64,000 nucleotides of DNA from Tubiluchus corallicola. Lineage: Eukaryota > Animalia > Priapulida. The position numbers were made by a program, and so were the translations under genes. How positions within the stretch are numbered: position 1 is the first letter of the stretch; every line of letters begins with the position of its first letter. Shown here piece after piece: positions 13,690 to 27,000 of the stretch. The notes beneath the pieces were generated by a model. The model was not told the DNA's origin and searched no databases. It was given only the letters and a program-made list of their open reading frames with translations. The stretch is from assembly GCA_030141605.1 (NCBI GenBank), contig JAQGDQ010000018.1, positions 1 through 64,000 of the forward strand, written 5' to 3'.

Positions 13690-14200
13690 GTAAAATAAGA
13701 TTAGCTAATCAGCTGCTAAAAACTGACAAACTAGTAGTAAGAACTACATGAGAGTTCAGAGCATTCCAAATGTTTACAACTGTGTTAGCAAATGAAAATT
13801 TTGAGACGTTTAATCTCAAAAAAGACGTAAACAGTTTAAAACAGTGACCACGCAAGTGACTGGTTGGAGCATATTGGAAAAAAAATCATCAAAATTCAAA
13901 CCCACCCTTTTTTGACAAATTTTGTATACTGTCTTAAGATCACAGTCAAAACATCTTAATTCGAGTGGCTGCAATTCTAGTTCCGACAGTCTATCTAAAT
14001 AAGAGACATAATTAAACTGACATCGTTGGTACTGCCTACGAGAATAATATCTCAGTACCCTTTCAATGCTGTCAATATCTTGCATACGGTGCGGGGACCA
14101 CACTGATGAGCAGTACTCAAACAAGGGACGCACATAAGCTTTACAAGCAGTCAAAAGTGAATTTTTGTTTTTAATGTAGAAACACCAAAAAAATCATATT
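13690..14200 (-). mobile_element. 5'-truncated CR1/L2-type LINE fragment (ORF2 C-terminus)
   Basis: Translation KAYVRPLFEYCSSVWSPH...DIDSIERV...SYLDRLSELELQPLELR..CDLKTVYKI, then after a frameshift RGHCFKL...FSFANTVVNIWNAL. These are typical post-RT motifs of CR1/L2 ORF2. Confidence 0.85.
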
Positions 14201-15280
14201 TACCATACGAAATGTTTTAGTTATTCTTACAATAGCTGGGAATCTAAAACGCCGGAGAACTCGTGAGCCAACTCACTGAATTTCTCACAGATAGTGTTCA
14301 CTCAACCTCATATCTACTAGTTTGCAAGCCAACCTATATTTAAAATTATGTAGTTATACAATATGTTTCATCATAAAACTTTTGTCAGCAAATTAATGTA
14401 GTAGAAAGATCTGCTAAATAGGCCTATCCTAGATTTAAAAAAATGTTAAAAGTTGATGTCATGTTTACCTAATTGTCCAAGACTAGAAAAGATAATACTA
14501 CATAATTATAGGCAACTAGCGTTGATGTTGAAGTTTTACTCAAAAAATTGTGCGTATAGTTTATATAACAAACCACTGGTGTAATTAATGCTATAACACT
14601 TATTTGTCGCCCGTATTTAGAACTCAGGCGTAGTCCACATTATCTTATTCTCAGTCCTCTTTTAACTACTGATACTGCATGTATACTCGGTCAAACTTGT
14701 TTAAATATTTGATATTCTAAACTGGATGTTTGCAAATTGTAGTAAGGGAAAGTAGGTGCCCCATTATTTTCTTTGTGCTCTCCTATTGAATCAGTATACC
14801 TTATAGATTCTATTGTTAAACGCCTTCGTGTATACTTTCACTTGCTACGATTCATGAATATCTGGGTTTATGCTGGAAACTCAGATGCCAGACGTGTACG
14901 TATTGTCGGCACAATCTTTGATACTGGTCCTTCTTTATTGCAATGACACAAATATTCTGATATGCGCATATAGATTAATTTAACATCTAATTTAAATATG
15001 AGCGTTCATGGTGACAATTCTTTGTCGTAGCGTCTTGTATATCAGTGACTTAATTCTACATCTTAAGTTACAATACACTAGTTTTCATGAAAGTTTTTCT
15101 CAGAGCAGTGTTCATTTCTTTCATCTGATTAGCTGTTTGATAGCTTGCTCCCAAAATTTACAAACGCGTTTCGACGAGCATTTCTGGCGTCTTACCGGCT
15201 TTAGACGCGTTCGAGCCATTTTCGGGTACTTCCAACGGCTCCGGACATGTCTTAACGATTCCGAGTGCCAATCAATCTAA

Positions 15281-15848
15281 GCAGAGCTGTGTGAACCACG
15301 TGGACCATCTGTAACTGCCAAGAAACCCGTGAAAGCCATTGGCTATCTCGGAAATCTCACACATATGAAGCCGGTGGAATGTGTTTGAGAACATGTTTGA
15401 CTATCGGTTCCAAACTTCACTTCCATTGCTTTGTGTACCGGAATGTTTATTTTCACTTCCTAAGAGTTTAATATCCCAGAAATTATTAATTATTTTATAT
15501 CAGTATCTCAGCTTCTATCTTGCAGACAAGTGGCTATCACTCCACTGTGTAAATAACCATGCGACATTCTTATTATACTTGTAGCAAAAATCGTGTAAGA
15601 AACGTGTACAGTTCATAATTGCCCGCTTGAAACAGGTGTGGCATGGCGGCACATCACCGTTCAGAGGACGTCGTGTATTTACCTTTACCTTTTTGAGATT
15701 TTTTCTAAAGATAACACATTAGCTTCAACAGTTGACAGACGTTTGTATACAAAACATCAAAATGGTCGTTTTTTCTGTATGATTTGCAAAACGCAAAAAC
15801 AATAAAGGTTGGCGGCGCAATTTTCGTAAGATCCGTGGACAGTTCTGC
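15281..15848. mobile_element. Possible non-autonomous TIR element with TTAA-type flanks (Kolobok/piggyBac-like)
   Basis: Left end ctaa|GCAGAGCTGT and right end ACAGTTCTGC|ttaa form a 10-bp inverted repeat with one mismatch. No coding capacity recognised. Confidence 0.35.
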
Positions 15849-18800
15849 TTAAGGTAGTCTGACTTTATTTACTTTCAACAAGTCAACGATCTGTTTCGTA
15901 TCATATGTGTGTACACATTAATGTTTACCCAGGTATGCTCAATTTACTTCGCGTTAGGCCCCTGAAAAGAATATCAGCAATTGAAAAAAGTACAAATTCG
16001 TGGTGCCACTAAACGAAATTGAGTTTGCCGATAAAAATATAATCCGTTTTCAGTCGGTTCGTTATAATGATAAAAAATAAACTCGTGTAAACGCATTAGG
16101 AATCAGGATATATAAAGCTTTTGAAACACAGTGCTGTTTTTAAACGTGACAACTATTGCACTGACTTTATTATAATGACCGATCCGCTAATTCTTTATTC
16201 GATTGGGCCAAATTGAAAGTATACGTTGCGATTAAAAAGATAAGTGAATTGGTCAAATTCCTGTGACTATGCATCTATTGCATTTATAGAAAGTTAAAAA
16301 GTTGCGCTTGACTGACATATAACTGTTTGTGTGGTTTTTAGACGCATCTGGACAACCTTGACCTCGCTGTGGAATTTGGTTTTATAATGAGTTGGCTACA
16401 CCACCTGTCTATTTACCCTGATGCTGCTGCTGATGCTTGCGGCTGCTGATTAAATGGCTTATAAAATTCAGTTATATTACTGTATTAATGAAGCTAAAAT
16501 TAATTAAAGTTTGCGTTAAGTGAAATCCCAAAAATACCCTAAACTATCTTCTCAGAGTAATAACTAAGAGGTAATGCTCATTCTACAAACTGTCGTATGA
16601 AATTTAAAACGTGTCCTTCACTAAGCAATCGGAAATAGTTTGCAAAATTTGTAAATTATAAGGTAATAGGAATAAAAACTGTTCATTCGTAATGTTGCTA
16701 TTTTTAGAAAAAGAACAAATCTTTGATGTATATAGACCAGAAGGAAGTATAGGGATGTATAGCTCCCCCCTGTAAACCTTCAGGATATAATGGATGCTTC
16801 AGATACCTTATAACGAACAAAATCAGAACTGAGATATTGGTAGTGCTTTTACACCTATAGAACAAAAAACAAGTTTTGAAGTTTTTCCCATGTATAGGCC
16901 TACATCGAAATCGCTTAAGCTAAGTACGACCAATGTATTATTGGCTGTTCGATGTTCATGCAACTGAAACGTCTATTTTTAAAATCAGTGTCAGGCAGAC
17001 TGACCAATTATTGCATACAACTTTACCAAGCGCCATGTAATCTGACCTTTTTTCAAGGGCTGTTCAAATTAGTGGTTGCACTCTAAGTGACGTGCAGTAT
17101 ATTCTTGCTACTTTTGTTCGTTCCTGCTCACTTTCTGTCGCTCGTTACATTTCCGACTCCCTGCAAGTAGAGCCGCTCCTGTCACTACTTTCAGCCCTGA
17201 CCTTTGCCACAAGGCTGTTAACATGTTCAGCTGTCCAAAACTTGCCCATTCCATAAACCAGAATAAGTCAAACGCTTGGAACGAAAACACATAACCATCA
17301 TGGGCACAACAAAAATGATAAGTATCTATTCAATCAGTTATTGAATGATAAACATTTATCATAAGTCTTCGATCAGCAGATCAGCAGTTCGTGTGCCCCA
17401 TTATCATTTCACAATAGTTTACTTCAGAGAATAGCTTTGATTATTATACATTGGCCGCGAGAGTTATCGCTTTTCCAAATTTCCGTGATCTTTCAGTAAA
17501 TAGTTAACGTGTGAACAGTTTCTTTGGCTTCAGCAATGTTTATTTGGGTATCTACGCCGAAGCCCATGATCTGCTGACGGAGAAAATAAAGTTGCGTGCT
17601 ACTGCATTTTCTACTCAGCACCTGTTTAAAGTACCTTCAAGGTCTACTATGTTTTCCCGAGACGGCAAATAATAATTATAAAAAGAAAATGGAGCATAAG
17701 CCTACCGTTTCCGATCCGTATGTTAAAGATCGTCCTCGCATAATGGAACTTGAACCTTAAACTAGTTGCTAATGTCATTAAAACTAAAGAATGCCTAAAG
17801 AAGTCAGTTATTATTTAATGTAATCATGGGTTATTACCTATAAAACCGAAAGGTCCGACTCTGAGTCCACTGTACGCGCGGACTGCAAAATGTTTTTAGT
17901 GATACTTCTGGAACTTTTTCTAACTCGATTATGTTTTTTACAAGGTATCATTGTTTTGATACGAGATGTTGCTTCTCGCTCCTTCGCTTTCTTTCTATGA
18001 AGCTATTGAAGCGGAGGTATTTTCACATCTTGTGTAATTATTGTGACTATGGTCCCGGTGTTATTCAAAGTTTTAGATTAACACTTCTACATATAACTGT
18101 GATGGCCAGACCAATATTTTCATTTTCCGATCTGATTCTTGGCTATTTCAATGGACGACCCGTTAGTTTACCTGCTTTGCAATAATAACTCAAGTGTCCG
18201 TCATCATGCGTGGGTTGACTACATAAATATATATATATATATATATGCTCACATACTTTACTAAGTATTTCTATAAAACTGGTCTATAAATCTTATTGCA
18301 CTTTATTAACAACTAGTGAAGTGAATGAATCTAAAAAATGATATCGTTAATTACATTAAATTACATTAAACATTTTACGACACATGAAATACACCTGTCG
18401 TTTTGTGTTCTTGGAGAAACTTATGAAAATATATCACTGCCACTCCATTTTTTATTATTATTGGCTTGTGATTTTTGAAGTCATGAACAGAGTATAAGTT
18501 GCCTAACCCTAACATTATATTTTACTTTGATAGGCGTTTTTAGTGTTGATCTTTGCAAGTGAATATTTGCTAATAAGTATGCATTATGCGGTCGTGAATC
18601 ATTTATCAAATTATCACTGGTCACACATTACTGCTATGATATATACGTTCCAGGAGGTCCAGTAAGGCCATTTCTCGTGCCTAACGCCAACCTAGTGCAG
18701 TCCATGCGCAAAATTCTAAAAAGAAATCGGAGAAATAAACGATTTTTCTAAAAATCACTGTTTTGTTATTTTTCTAACTTCGTCCCTGTTCCCAGTATAT

Positions 18801-21800
18801 CTTCTTTTGGAGTCTAAGAAGACGTTAAGGTAATGTGGAATCATATAAGAACATCGAATTATAACAACATTATAGACCTACACCATGCAGTTTGCATAGT
18901 CAAGATCTATGTCCATCACTATCAAAAAAAATTTTTGTTAGAAGAAAAACGGGCTTTTCAAGTGTGTTTCAAACAGAATTCATAAAAAATCCTATCTGGC
19001 ATAAGACTTGTTTTGAATGGCATTTAAAAGTCGACTTGCTTCAAACTGCCTGAAAATTCAAATAAATAAATCAGTACGCTGTGGTCTTGCTCCAGAGATA
19101 AGTGAAAAAGCTTGAAGACACCATGCAGTAGAAATTTGTATCACCACACTGATCAGAAAGAAGTCACATTACAGACTGTTTTTAACCCAATTCCTCTAAT
19201 TCTTATAATCCAGTTCTTATCCTCCCTTTCTATATGAACTTTCTCTTATCCCGGGTATTGTCCTACGTTTGAGAACCCAGTAGGCCTAAATGGTGGATAA
19301 GTAGGCATTGTTAAATAACAAAGCAAATCTGTATAGAGACAGCTGCATTCAATAAAAAATTGATAATCTTTATATTCACATACTGACATACACCCCATTG
19401 AATTACCTTGATCTAGATCAAGATCGCGTGGTTCATTGAATGATTGGAGCAGATTAATGTGAAATTAATTAATTTTTGGTGTCTAATGTTGAAAGCACGT
19501 ACAGCTATGTGCACAGTAACGGAATGTTAGCTCGCATATGAGCAAGACATGTACATAGTGTCTCTATTAGCAATTACTAAACTCAGACCAGTGGGTAAAT
19601 TACTAAACAATGAGCTTGTCTGCTAGACAAGTGAGCAGAAATGCCACAGGCGGCGTATTAAAGCATGCCTTGCTCAGCCATCATCATCATCTGCATCAGC
19701 AGTTTTAGGCCTGCGTTATCCTTGGCTAGGCCTAATTAGTAACTAATTACGTGGGTGTGCAGTTAATTGAAAACCATAAAAATTCACTTTAAAAGTATGA
19801 GTGAGTAGTGTGAAGTTGCAGCAGCAATTTAGGAAATCAAAATTCGTTTGTGACTTAACCATAACTGCTTTCCAGTATTTAACTTTGTTTGTAATTATCT
19901 TTCACTATTTATACGTAAATTCTGCACTAAGAAATCAAGAAAACGTTCCCAAATGCAACACCTAATGAGGCCACCGAAAGACGCTTTACATTTCAGTGTC
20001 TAACTAAGCCTAATAATAAGAATTTTCAACCTCTAGCTTTATAAATTTCTAAGAATATCGATTTTTCAGTCGGTGTCTTTGTGAATGAGATTATTTTGTC
20101 AGTGACTGCAGCTTTTCTAATTTCCCATCAAAACATCGTTATGTATATTATTAGAAGCTTTATGTCAATTCATGTAGACACTTGATGATATACTTCGTCT
20201 TCTGTAATAACAGTTAAATTACTAATCGTTTTATTATGCTGGCACAATTGCTTAACAAGACGAAACCAGGACCAAGTGCTATAAGTTACGTGTTTCTAAT
20301 AGCATTGAACCAATTATCAATGTTGCATTCTTGGATTACTCGCTATTAAGGCTCTAGTTGAAGGCCGAGTAAAAACTAGGTCTACCAATGTCTGTAAGAA
20401 AATGGAAAAGTTTAGTAATCTGTTGATACAATCATTTGCACAAAAGGTATTTTAAAAATAAATACTGAATGACAACTATAATGCCGTCATCCATTAGTTG
20501 ATGTTTATACAAATCTCCGTTATTATTCAAGTCACGAAAGTGTTCCCTTTTGTATAAAATTCATTGATGACACTTATTTAATCCGATTTTTAAATGCTCC
20601 TATTTATATTTAGAGTACCGTGTGTGCATATCTATAGTACTTTTTATTCATTTGTAATCAATAAGCGTAATATAGATTTAATTTTGGGCATTTGCAAATA
20701 CTTAATCAACTTGTCTTTCTAAGTTAGTCTTTTTTCCTATTTTTCTACTTGTGTCCTTATATTCCGTGCCTTTTTCTTGTGCCATACTCACCGTGCCATG
20801 ATTACCTATGCCATTCTTATCTCACATGGATAATAAAGGTAGAATACAAAACTACAAATTGACAAAAATAAATGTCAGTCTCAGACACAACGTTATTGTT
20901 TGTTTTCGCATTTCAGCATAAGTGCAGTATAAGTGCAGTATAAGTGCACTTACGTATGAAAATGCAATAAATTTAACTGTTTGTTGAGCTTTATTATTAA
21001 TGTAACACTGCGTCCTTGAAAAAAATCACGTAAGGACGGGTATGCTAAATAATATAACAACCACCACTAAAATATCAATTTATATAATTTAATTTATGAC
21101 ACTTTTATGGCTTATGATGAAATAGCATTGTGAATTATATTATATCGATTTTACATACTACAGTACTCGTGGTATAATATTAACTGATTCTACATTTTCA
21201 CACAGTTTCCCACAATTTTATTCCAAATTGCCCCATATTAAATATTTCAAAGGTTGTTCACTGTATCAGACCGAGTGAGCTTTTCAAAAAAAATTATATT
21301 TTGGTATTAAACAATTAAATAAAAATGTTATTGCCGTAAAATTTAGATCACTAGGCCTACCTCTTACCAAAACAGAAGTTTGTATTTCCTACAATAATGT
21401 TTTTCGCTTTGATCAAGCATAAAGAACACTATATATGATCTAGCAAAGTAGCACGCGTTCATCTCTTGCAAACCAAGAGCCTGACGTTGGATACCCAAGA
21501 AGATACATCCCCCCCCCAAAAAAAAAAAACAAATGACACCAGTAACAACTGGAAAACTCCGAAAAGAATCGAAAACAAATATTAAAAGAACCAAAAAATC
21601 AGGAAAAATTCCAAAAAGACACTTTCGACTCCATGCGGTTATCGAAAAAAATACGGAAACCCCCAAGAGGCAAACAACTGTTGTAGTATTTTATAGTTCT
21701 TTCGGTCCTTTTCCGACTTTTTCTTGTTGTTTCCGGTATATTTCGCTCTTTTTCAGTATTTTTTAATTTATTTATATAGTGCAGCCGATGAAGTTACTGC

Positions 21801-21830
21801 CATTTTTATCATTGTTAGTTTTTTTTCCAG

Positions 21831-24065
21831 AAGCAAACAGTCTTTATCCATCAGAGACCAGCTCAGTAACCGGTTCAACTGTACAGGAAAGTGGAGAAGG
21901 GAAAAGGGTGCTCGTCTGTGAGATATGTAACGTTAAAGTGAACTCTCCATTACAGTTAAAAGCCCATAGTTCGGGTAATTTGATTAAATCATTTTGTGGA
22001 CTTACTATTATTATTTTTGTTGTCACTACCATTAAAATTGAGTTTTTGATCATCATAGTCCTCATTATCATGTTTGTCACCAATGTCATTGTCATTGGTG
22101 GCAACATAATTGCGGACGTAATCACATAAGATAATCGCCATTATCATCATCATCGCTTTCATCTTTGAATCTTGTGCGATTGTTATTTAGTTTTAAATTT
22201 TTTAATTCTATAGTTTCACCTGTTTTACGCTAAATAAGAATCAGATCAGCATCACGACAAAATAGTCGGCTTAATGAAGTTACTACGCAAGCGAGTACCT
22301 CAAAAATATTTAGATATTTAACGTGAAATCAAATACGTCATAATTTTTAATAACCTGAAAATACCTTCATAGTCAATATTTCAAGGCAAAATGAATGTTA
22401 ATCAAATTAGCAAATAATTTAAATAATGGAGTAACATGAATATTATAGCGTATAATTTGCTGTGCTTTTTAGGTGATTAGAATAGATACCGCAAGTAAAT
22501 TCTGTAATCAGTTTTTGAACCATTGCTATCATAGACCTAATGTGCCATTAAGTTTATCATCTTAACGCCAATCACAGAAAAGGCTTAATGTAGTTTTATT
22601 AATTTGCTAATTAAGTTTAAAAAACTACACGAGTACTAATGATACTGTTTGTTTTGCTTACCGTTATAAAAAATTATTAATACTGATTTTTAAATTTGCA
22701 GGTACAAAGCACAGGCAAAGAGCTCAACCCAACGAAATCAAAACTACAGGTAACAATAGCGGCTCGGAGACACTTAGCAACGACCGGGACACAAACAATG
22801 AAAACTCGAGCACGGACGCGAATACGGAAACTACTCGATTACCAGATCCATCGCCACCGACTGCCAACAGCAACAACAGTAACAAAGAGGAAGTGACCAC
22901 ATTCGCATCAAAAACTAACAAAACAGGAAAGTTTTACTGCCAAGTCTGTGACGTCACAGTGAACTCAGAAGTGCAGCTGCAGCAGGTAAATGATATAAAT
23001 TATTAACCTATTTTGTCATTAACTATTCGTACCCTTTTCTACTGTTGCTTGCCCTGGTCGTTTCTTCTGGCGTATAAAAATAGGTTATAAATTACTTAAG
23101 AATAAATAATCTTTGTTTTACAGCATACTGCAAGCAAGCGCCATCTGGACAAACAAGCTGGCAGACCCGTCAAAACTAAATTCAAGCCTAGGTTTTTTAA
23201 CGGTTCCAAGAAACTATCAGTAAGTCCTGAATAATGACACATTAATAACAACATTCAAAATTAAGATAACTACCACAGAAGAAATTATTATGTCTTTAGA
23301 AACATTTAGAAGGCTTCGTTTTTGAAACAATGTCACAAACTCTATAAATGAAATGGCACAATTACCGCTAGGTCTTCCAAAGATGATAATCAATAAAATT
23401 ATAGATCAGTAAAACAAAACCTATTTTTATTTTACGGCTATTGCAAATAAGTGAAATACATAAAAACATGCTGCACCTATTATTAAGGTTTATAATTAAA
23501 TTTATATAATTATTAGTGAACTTTTTGGCGTGAACAAGATACACAGACTGGTAATTTTCTGTGTTGACTAAGTGTATGTGTAATGAGGTAAGGGTCGTTT
23601 GCCCAGCTGGATCGTATCTAGACTACGGTGTAATTGAACATTTATATAAATCAAACTATTAATGCTAGTTTGCTAAATCCTTGTGTTATCAAACAACTGT
23701 TTTCAAAAATCCGCCAAAATCTGTGTAATGACTACGTTTACCAGATGTTGACGATGACTTGCTGCTGTCACACAAGATGTGCAGCATATCAAACATGTCA
23801 TTATGACCTAATCAAGACTACTTTGTAAAGTATCAAGAATAAAACGTCCTTTAAATGGTTGGTGTTCAACTTTTTAAATAAAATAAATAATAAATGTACA
23901 AAACGAGGAATGTTTTCTGCATCAGTGTAAATTTAGTTGAAATAAATGACTCAATATTTTTAAGTTAAGTCGTTTTTCTTGTTTTAGGTGGCAAGAAAAT
24001 ATCCATCCACATTTACAACGCGTCGAATAGAACATGGCTTGGTGAAAAAGGACGTGACCCTATGA
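21831..24065 (+). CDS. ZNF385: ZNF385-like matrin/U1-type C2H2 zinc-finger protein, 3' portion (4 exons; 5' exons not located)
   Basis: Exons 21831-21974, 22702-22985, 23124-23219 and 23988-24065 (TGA) all have AG/GT boundaries and consistent phase. The spliced product contains two widely spaced fingers, CEICNVKVNSPLQLKAHSSG|TKH and CQVCDVTVNSEVQLQQ|HTASKRH, followed by LDKQAGRPVKTKF. This resembles the ZNF385 family C-terminal finger (HxxSxRH..AGKPxKPK). The first exon begins in phase 1, so upstream exons exist. Confidence 0.8.
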
Positions 24066-27000
24066 GTTCGACTGGACATAAGTGATTTTTCAAGCTAACA
24101 ATGTTTAAAAGCTATTTTCACGGTATTTTATAAATCACTAGTATTATTCAGAGGATTTTAACATGAATTCACTGTGTGTATCGTGTTTATTATTATTACT
24201 GTAGTATGAAACAACAACTGTAAAAAATATACTAGTATTTACAGCTTTGCACAGTAGGTTTCAAAAAATCTAGTGCATACTCAGCAGATTATTTATGGTG
24301 AATTATAAGCAGCCGCAGCTCACATCAGTATCTCGTTTTTCAATACTAAAAATACTTGCATAACCAAAACATAAACTGTTAAACGTTAAACACTCGAAGA
24401 AATAACTAAACCAATGGCAAATAAAATCACGCCTTTGTAATATTAGTGAATAAAGCTTTCCTCACAGAAAATTTTACTGCTTGAAATTACGAAGGCTCAG
24501 AAAATCCAAATGTATACTGATTTTTTTTACCGAGGCAGAAGTTATACTGGAGTTCTGCCGCAAAGCTATCTTCCCAATAAAACGCTATGAGCTCAGCCCA
24601 GACAGTTTTGTTTAACGTACAAGTAGCTCTAGTAGTGAAAAAATACAATATAGACGATAAAAACTAGATAATGGCAATATTTATAATTGTTACAATGCTG
24701 CTTTATTAGACAAGATCCAGTGGTTGCCTATAATATTATGTACATATATCTATCTGCAGATATACAACGTGATTATATTGGTGATGTAAAGTGGAAAATT
24801 TGTGGTAATAAATGTTTTACTAATAGTTATCAAACGTTTAGTTGATCGTTTAATTATACGTAAGAATTCTCGAGCATCTTACCTCTAAACTGACCAAAAT
24901 CTTATTTTTTGATAATGTATGGAAACCTCATACAAAAATAATGCAAAAAATGACTGATATAAAAGTTTTACAATAGCAGATAATATCATAGGCACATAAA
25001 ATAGCAAGAACACATTACAGAGGGACATTATTTTTATGTATGTTAAGCCATAGCCTATGTCAGGATGAACAGATAACAAAGATTTTATATCTATTCGTCA
25101 ACTGCAAGAATCTGCAAGAATTTTATTTATGAAATGGTGCTGACAAACCAGTAGAGTACATCAGTGTTTATAGCCGATATAATAGATTTTACAACACAAT
25201 ATTCTATAATATATGTACTTTTCACTGCAAAAAATCAACAGCTGTATTATTTAAACTCTACAACAGAAATAAGATGTTTCACTGATGCTTGATCTTTTCA
25301 GTTAAATGGCCTTCAAAAATCTAAGGATAAGCCAGACCCTCTGCACATCTTACAATAACTTAATCACATACACACATGTTCACTGCTACCAAGTCATCAT
25401 AAATAACATGCCATACACCACTAAACATGCTATGTACAACTATTTACAGTACAAAGCTCATCCGCTAAATGAGACAGACACCCCGAAAAATGTAGGTAGG
25501 CCTAAATTTCAAAGACAAACACATATAAAAGACAGTTATTAACATTTAAATGGCATCAAATACTATTCTCATTTGCACACTATAACTTACACACTGTACA
25601 AAGCTCATCGAAAAAAAAACTTGAAAAAGCGAGGTGGATTTGTTTTTCTTAGATTTAGTGCCACAGCGTAAAATATTATAATGTTCATAGTGATCTCATA
25701 AAAATTGGGACTAACATAAATGCAACAGCATCTCCTTAACCAAAAATAACATAGATTCTGTGTAAAATAATTTCAAACTTCAATTTCTTTGTAAAGACTA
25801 ATGAGAAAGTATATTTAACAGAATCATAATATAACGATTAACTTTATGTTACAGTGCATGGGTATATACACTGTGTACAGTTAATAATGTGGTAAGCTTA
25901 TTAACTTCACTTAGTATCTTAAAACCACACAAAGTGATTGATTCAAAAAGTATATTAGAATGAGGCCTGTATTAGAGTGGAAGCTGCAATATTCAACCTT
26001 CCTCAAGACAATTTCTTGAAAGCACAAAAAAGAATTTTGCAACCACTCTAGCATTAATTTAAAACAATGCACAAGAAAGACTATGCAAATATAAAAACAC
26101 TGCATCTACAAATTGTACATTAGAAAAACTGGAGTTCAATAATGGGCCTATTAAATTAGTGACCTAAGCATATCAGAATTACACATTGTTTAAGAAACAG
26201 AACACAATTTCACAAACAACATACAACATATAAGTTCAGTGCATAAAGTTAGCTAGAGTGTATTTACAATTTGATCAGCTAATAAATGATGTTATTCTCT
26301 GAGTGTTGAATGTTTTCATAATTCTTCATTGACAGTTCATTTTCTTCTTGTTGCATAATTGCTTCCATTTCACAGTCTGGTTAATCACACTCTACATAAA
26401 TCACTTCAACAGCTGGAAAAGAAAACAATCACAGGTATATTACCATGTCATATAAATTCACTGTTAACTGTAGCTACAAATGATTGATCAATTAAAGACA
26501 TTGCTGTAAAAATAAGCTATAATTAAACAGAGCTATAAGAACAAAATAAAAGAAAACCTACTAATTACGTTTTAGAGCACAAAATGCTATATAACTACTT
26601 GAAAAAACTGCAAAATATATTACAAAACAAAAATAGGAATGGAAAACAAAGCTGATATTTACTAAATAGCAATTATATAGCTACCAATTAGAAGCACATT
26701 CAAAAATTAACAAAATTGATATAAGATGATGCCGGCCAATACACGAGGAAAAGATAGAGTACAGAAACATGACAGAAAATAGCCAAAATACTAAAAATTC
26801 CTCAATTAGGCAGTTTAATTACCTGTTCACTTCGCACCTATCACACACTTGCCTAACATTAAACATGGTATTACATATGACAATGTTTCATACCACATTC
26901 TGCACTCGTTAATTTTGACATATATAAAACCAATCAGCTCTGTGACTTCTCTACTGCCTCTTTAATGCTTTCAAGTTTCTACAGTCATCATTTTTAACAT

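Noticed and set aside
21779-22129. 116-aa ORF that looks like signal peptide plus zinc finger plus transmembrane tail
   Set aside because: The hydrophobic ends are the intronic polypyrimidine tract and an (ATC/ATT)-rich intron. Only 21831-21974 is exon, and the finger is completed by splicing to 22702.
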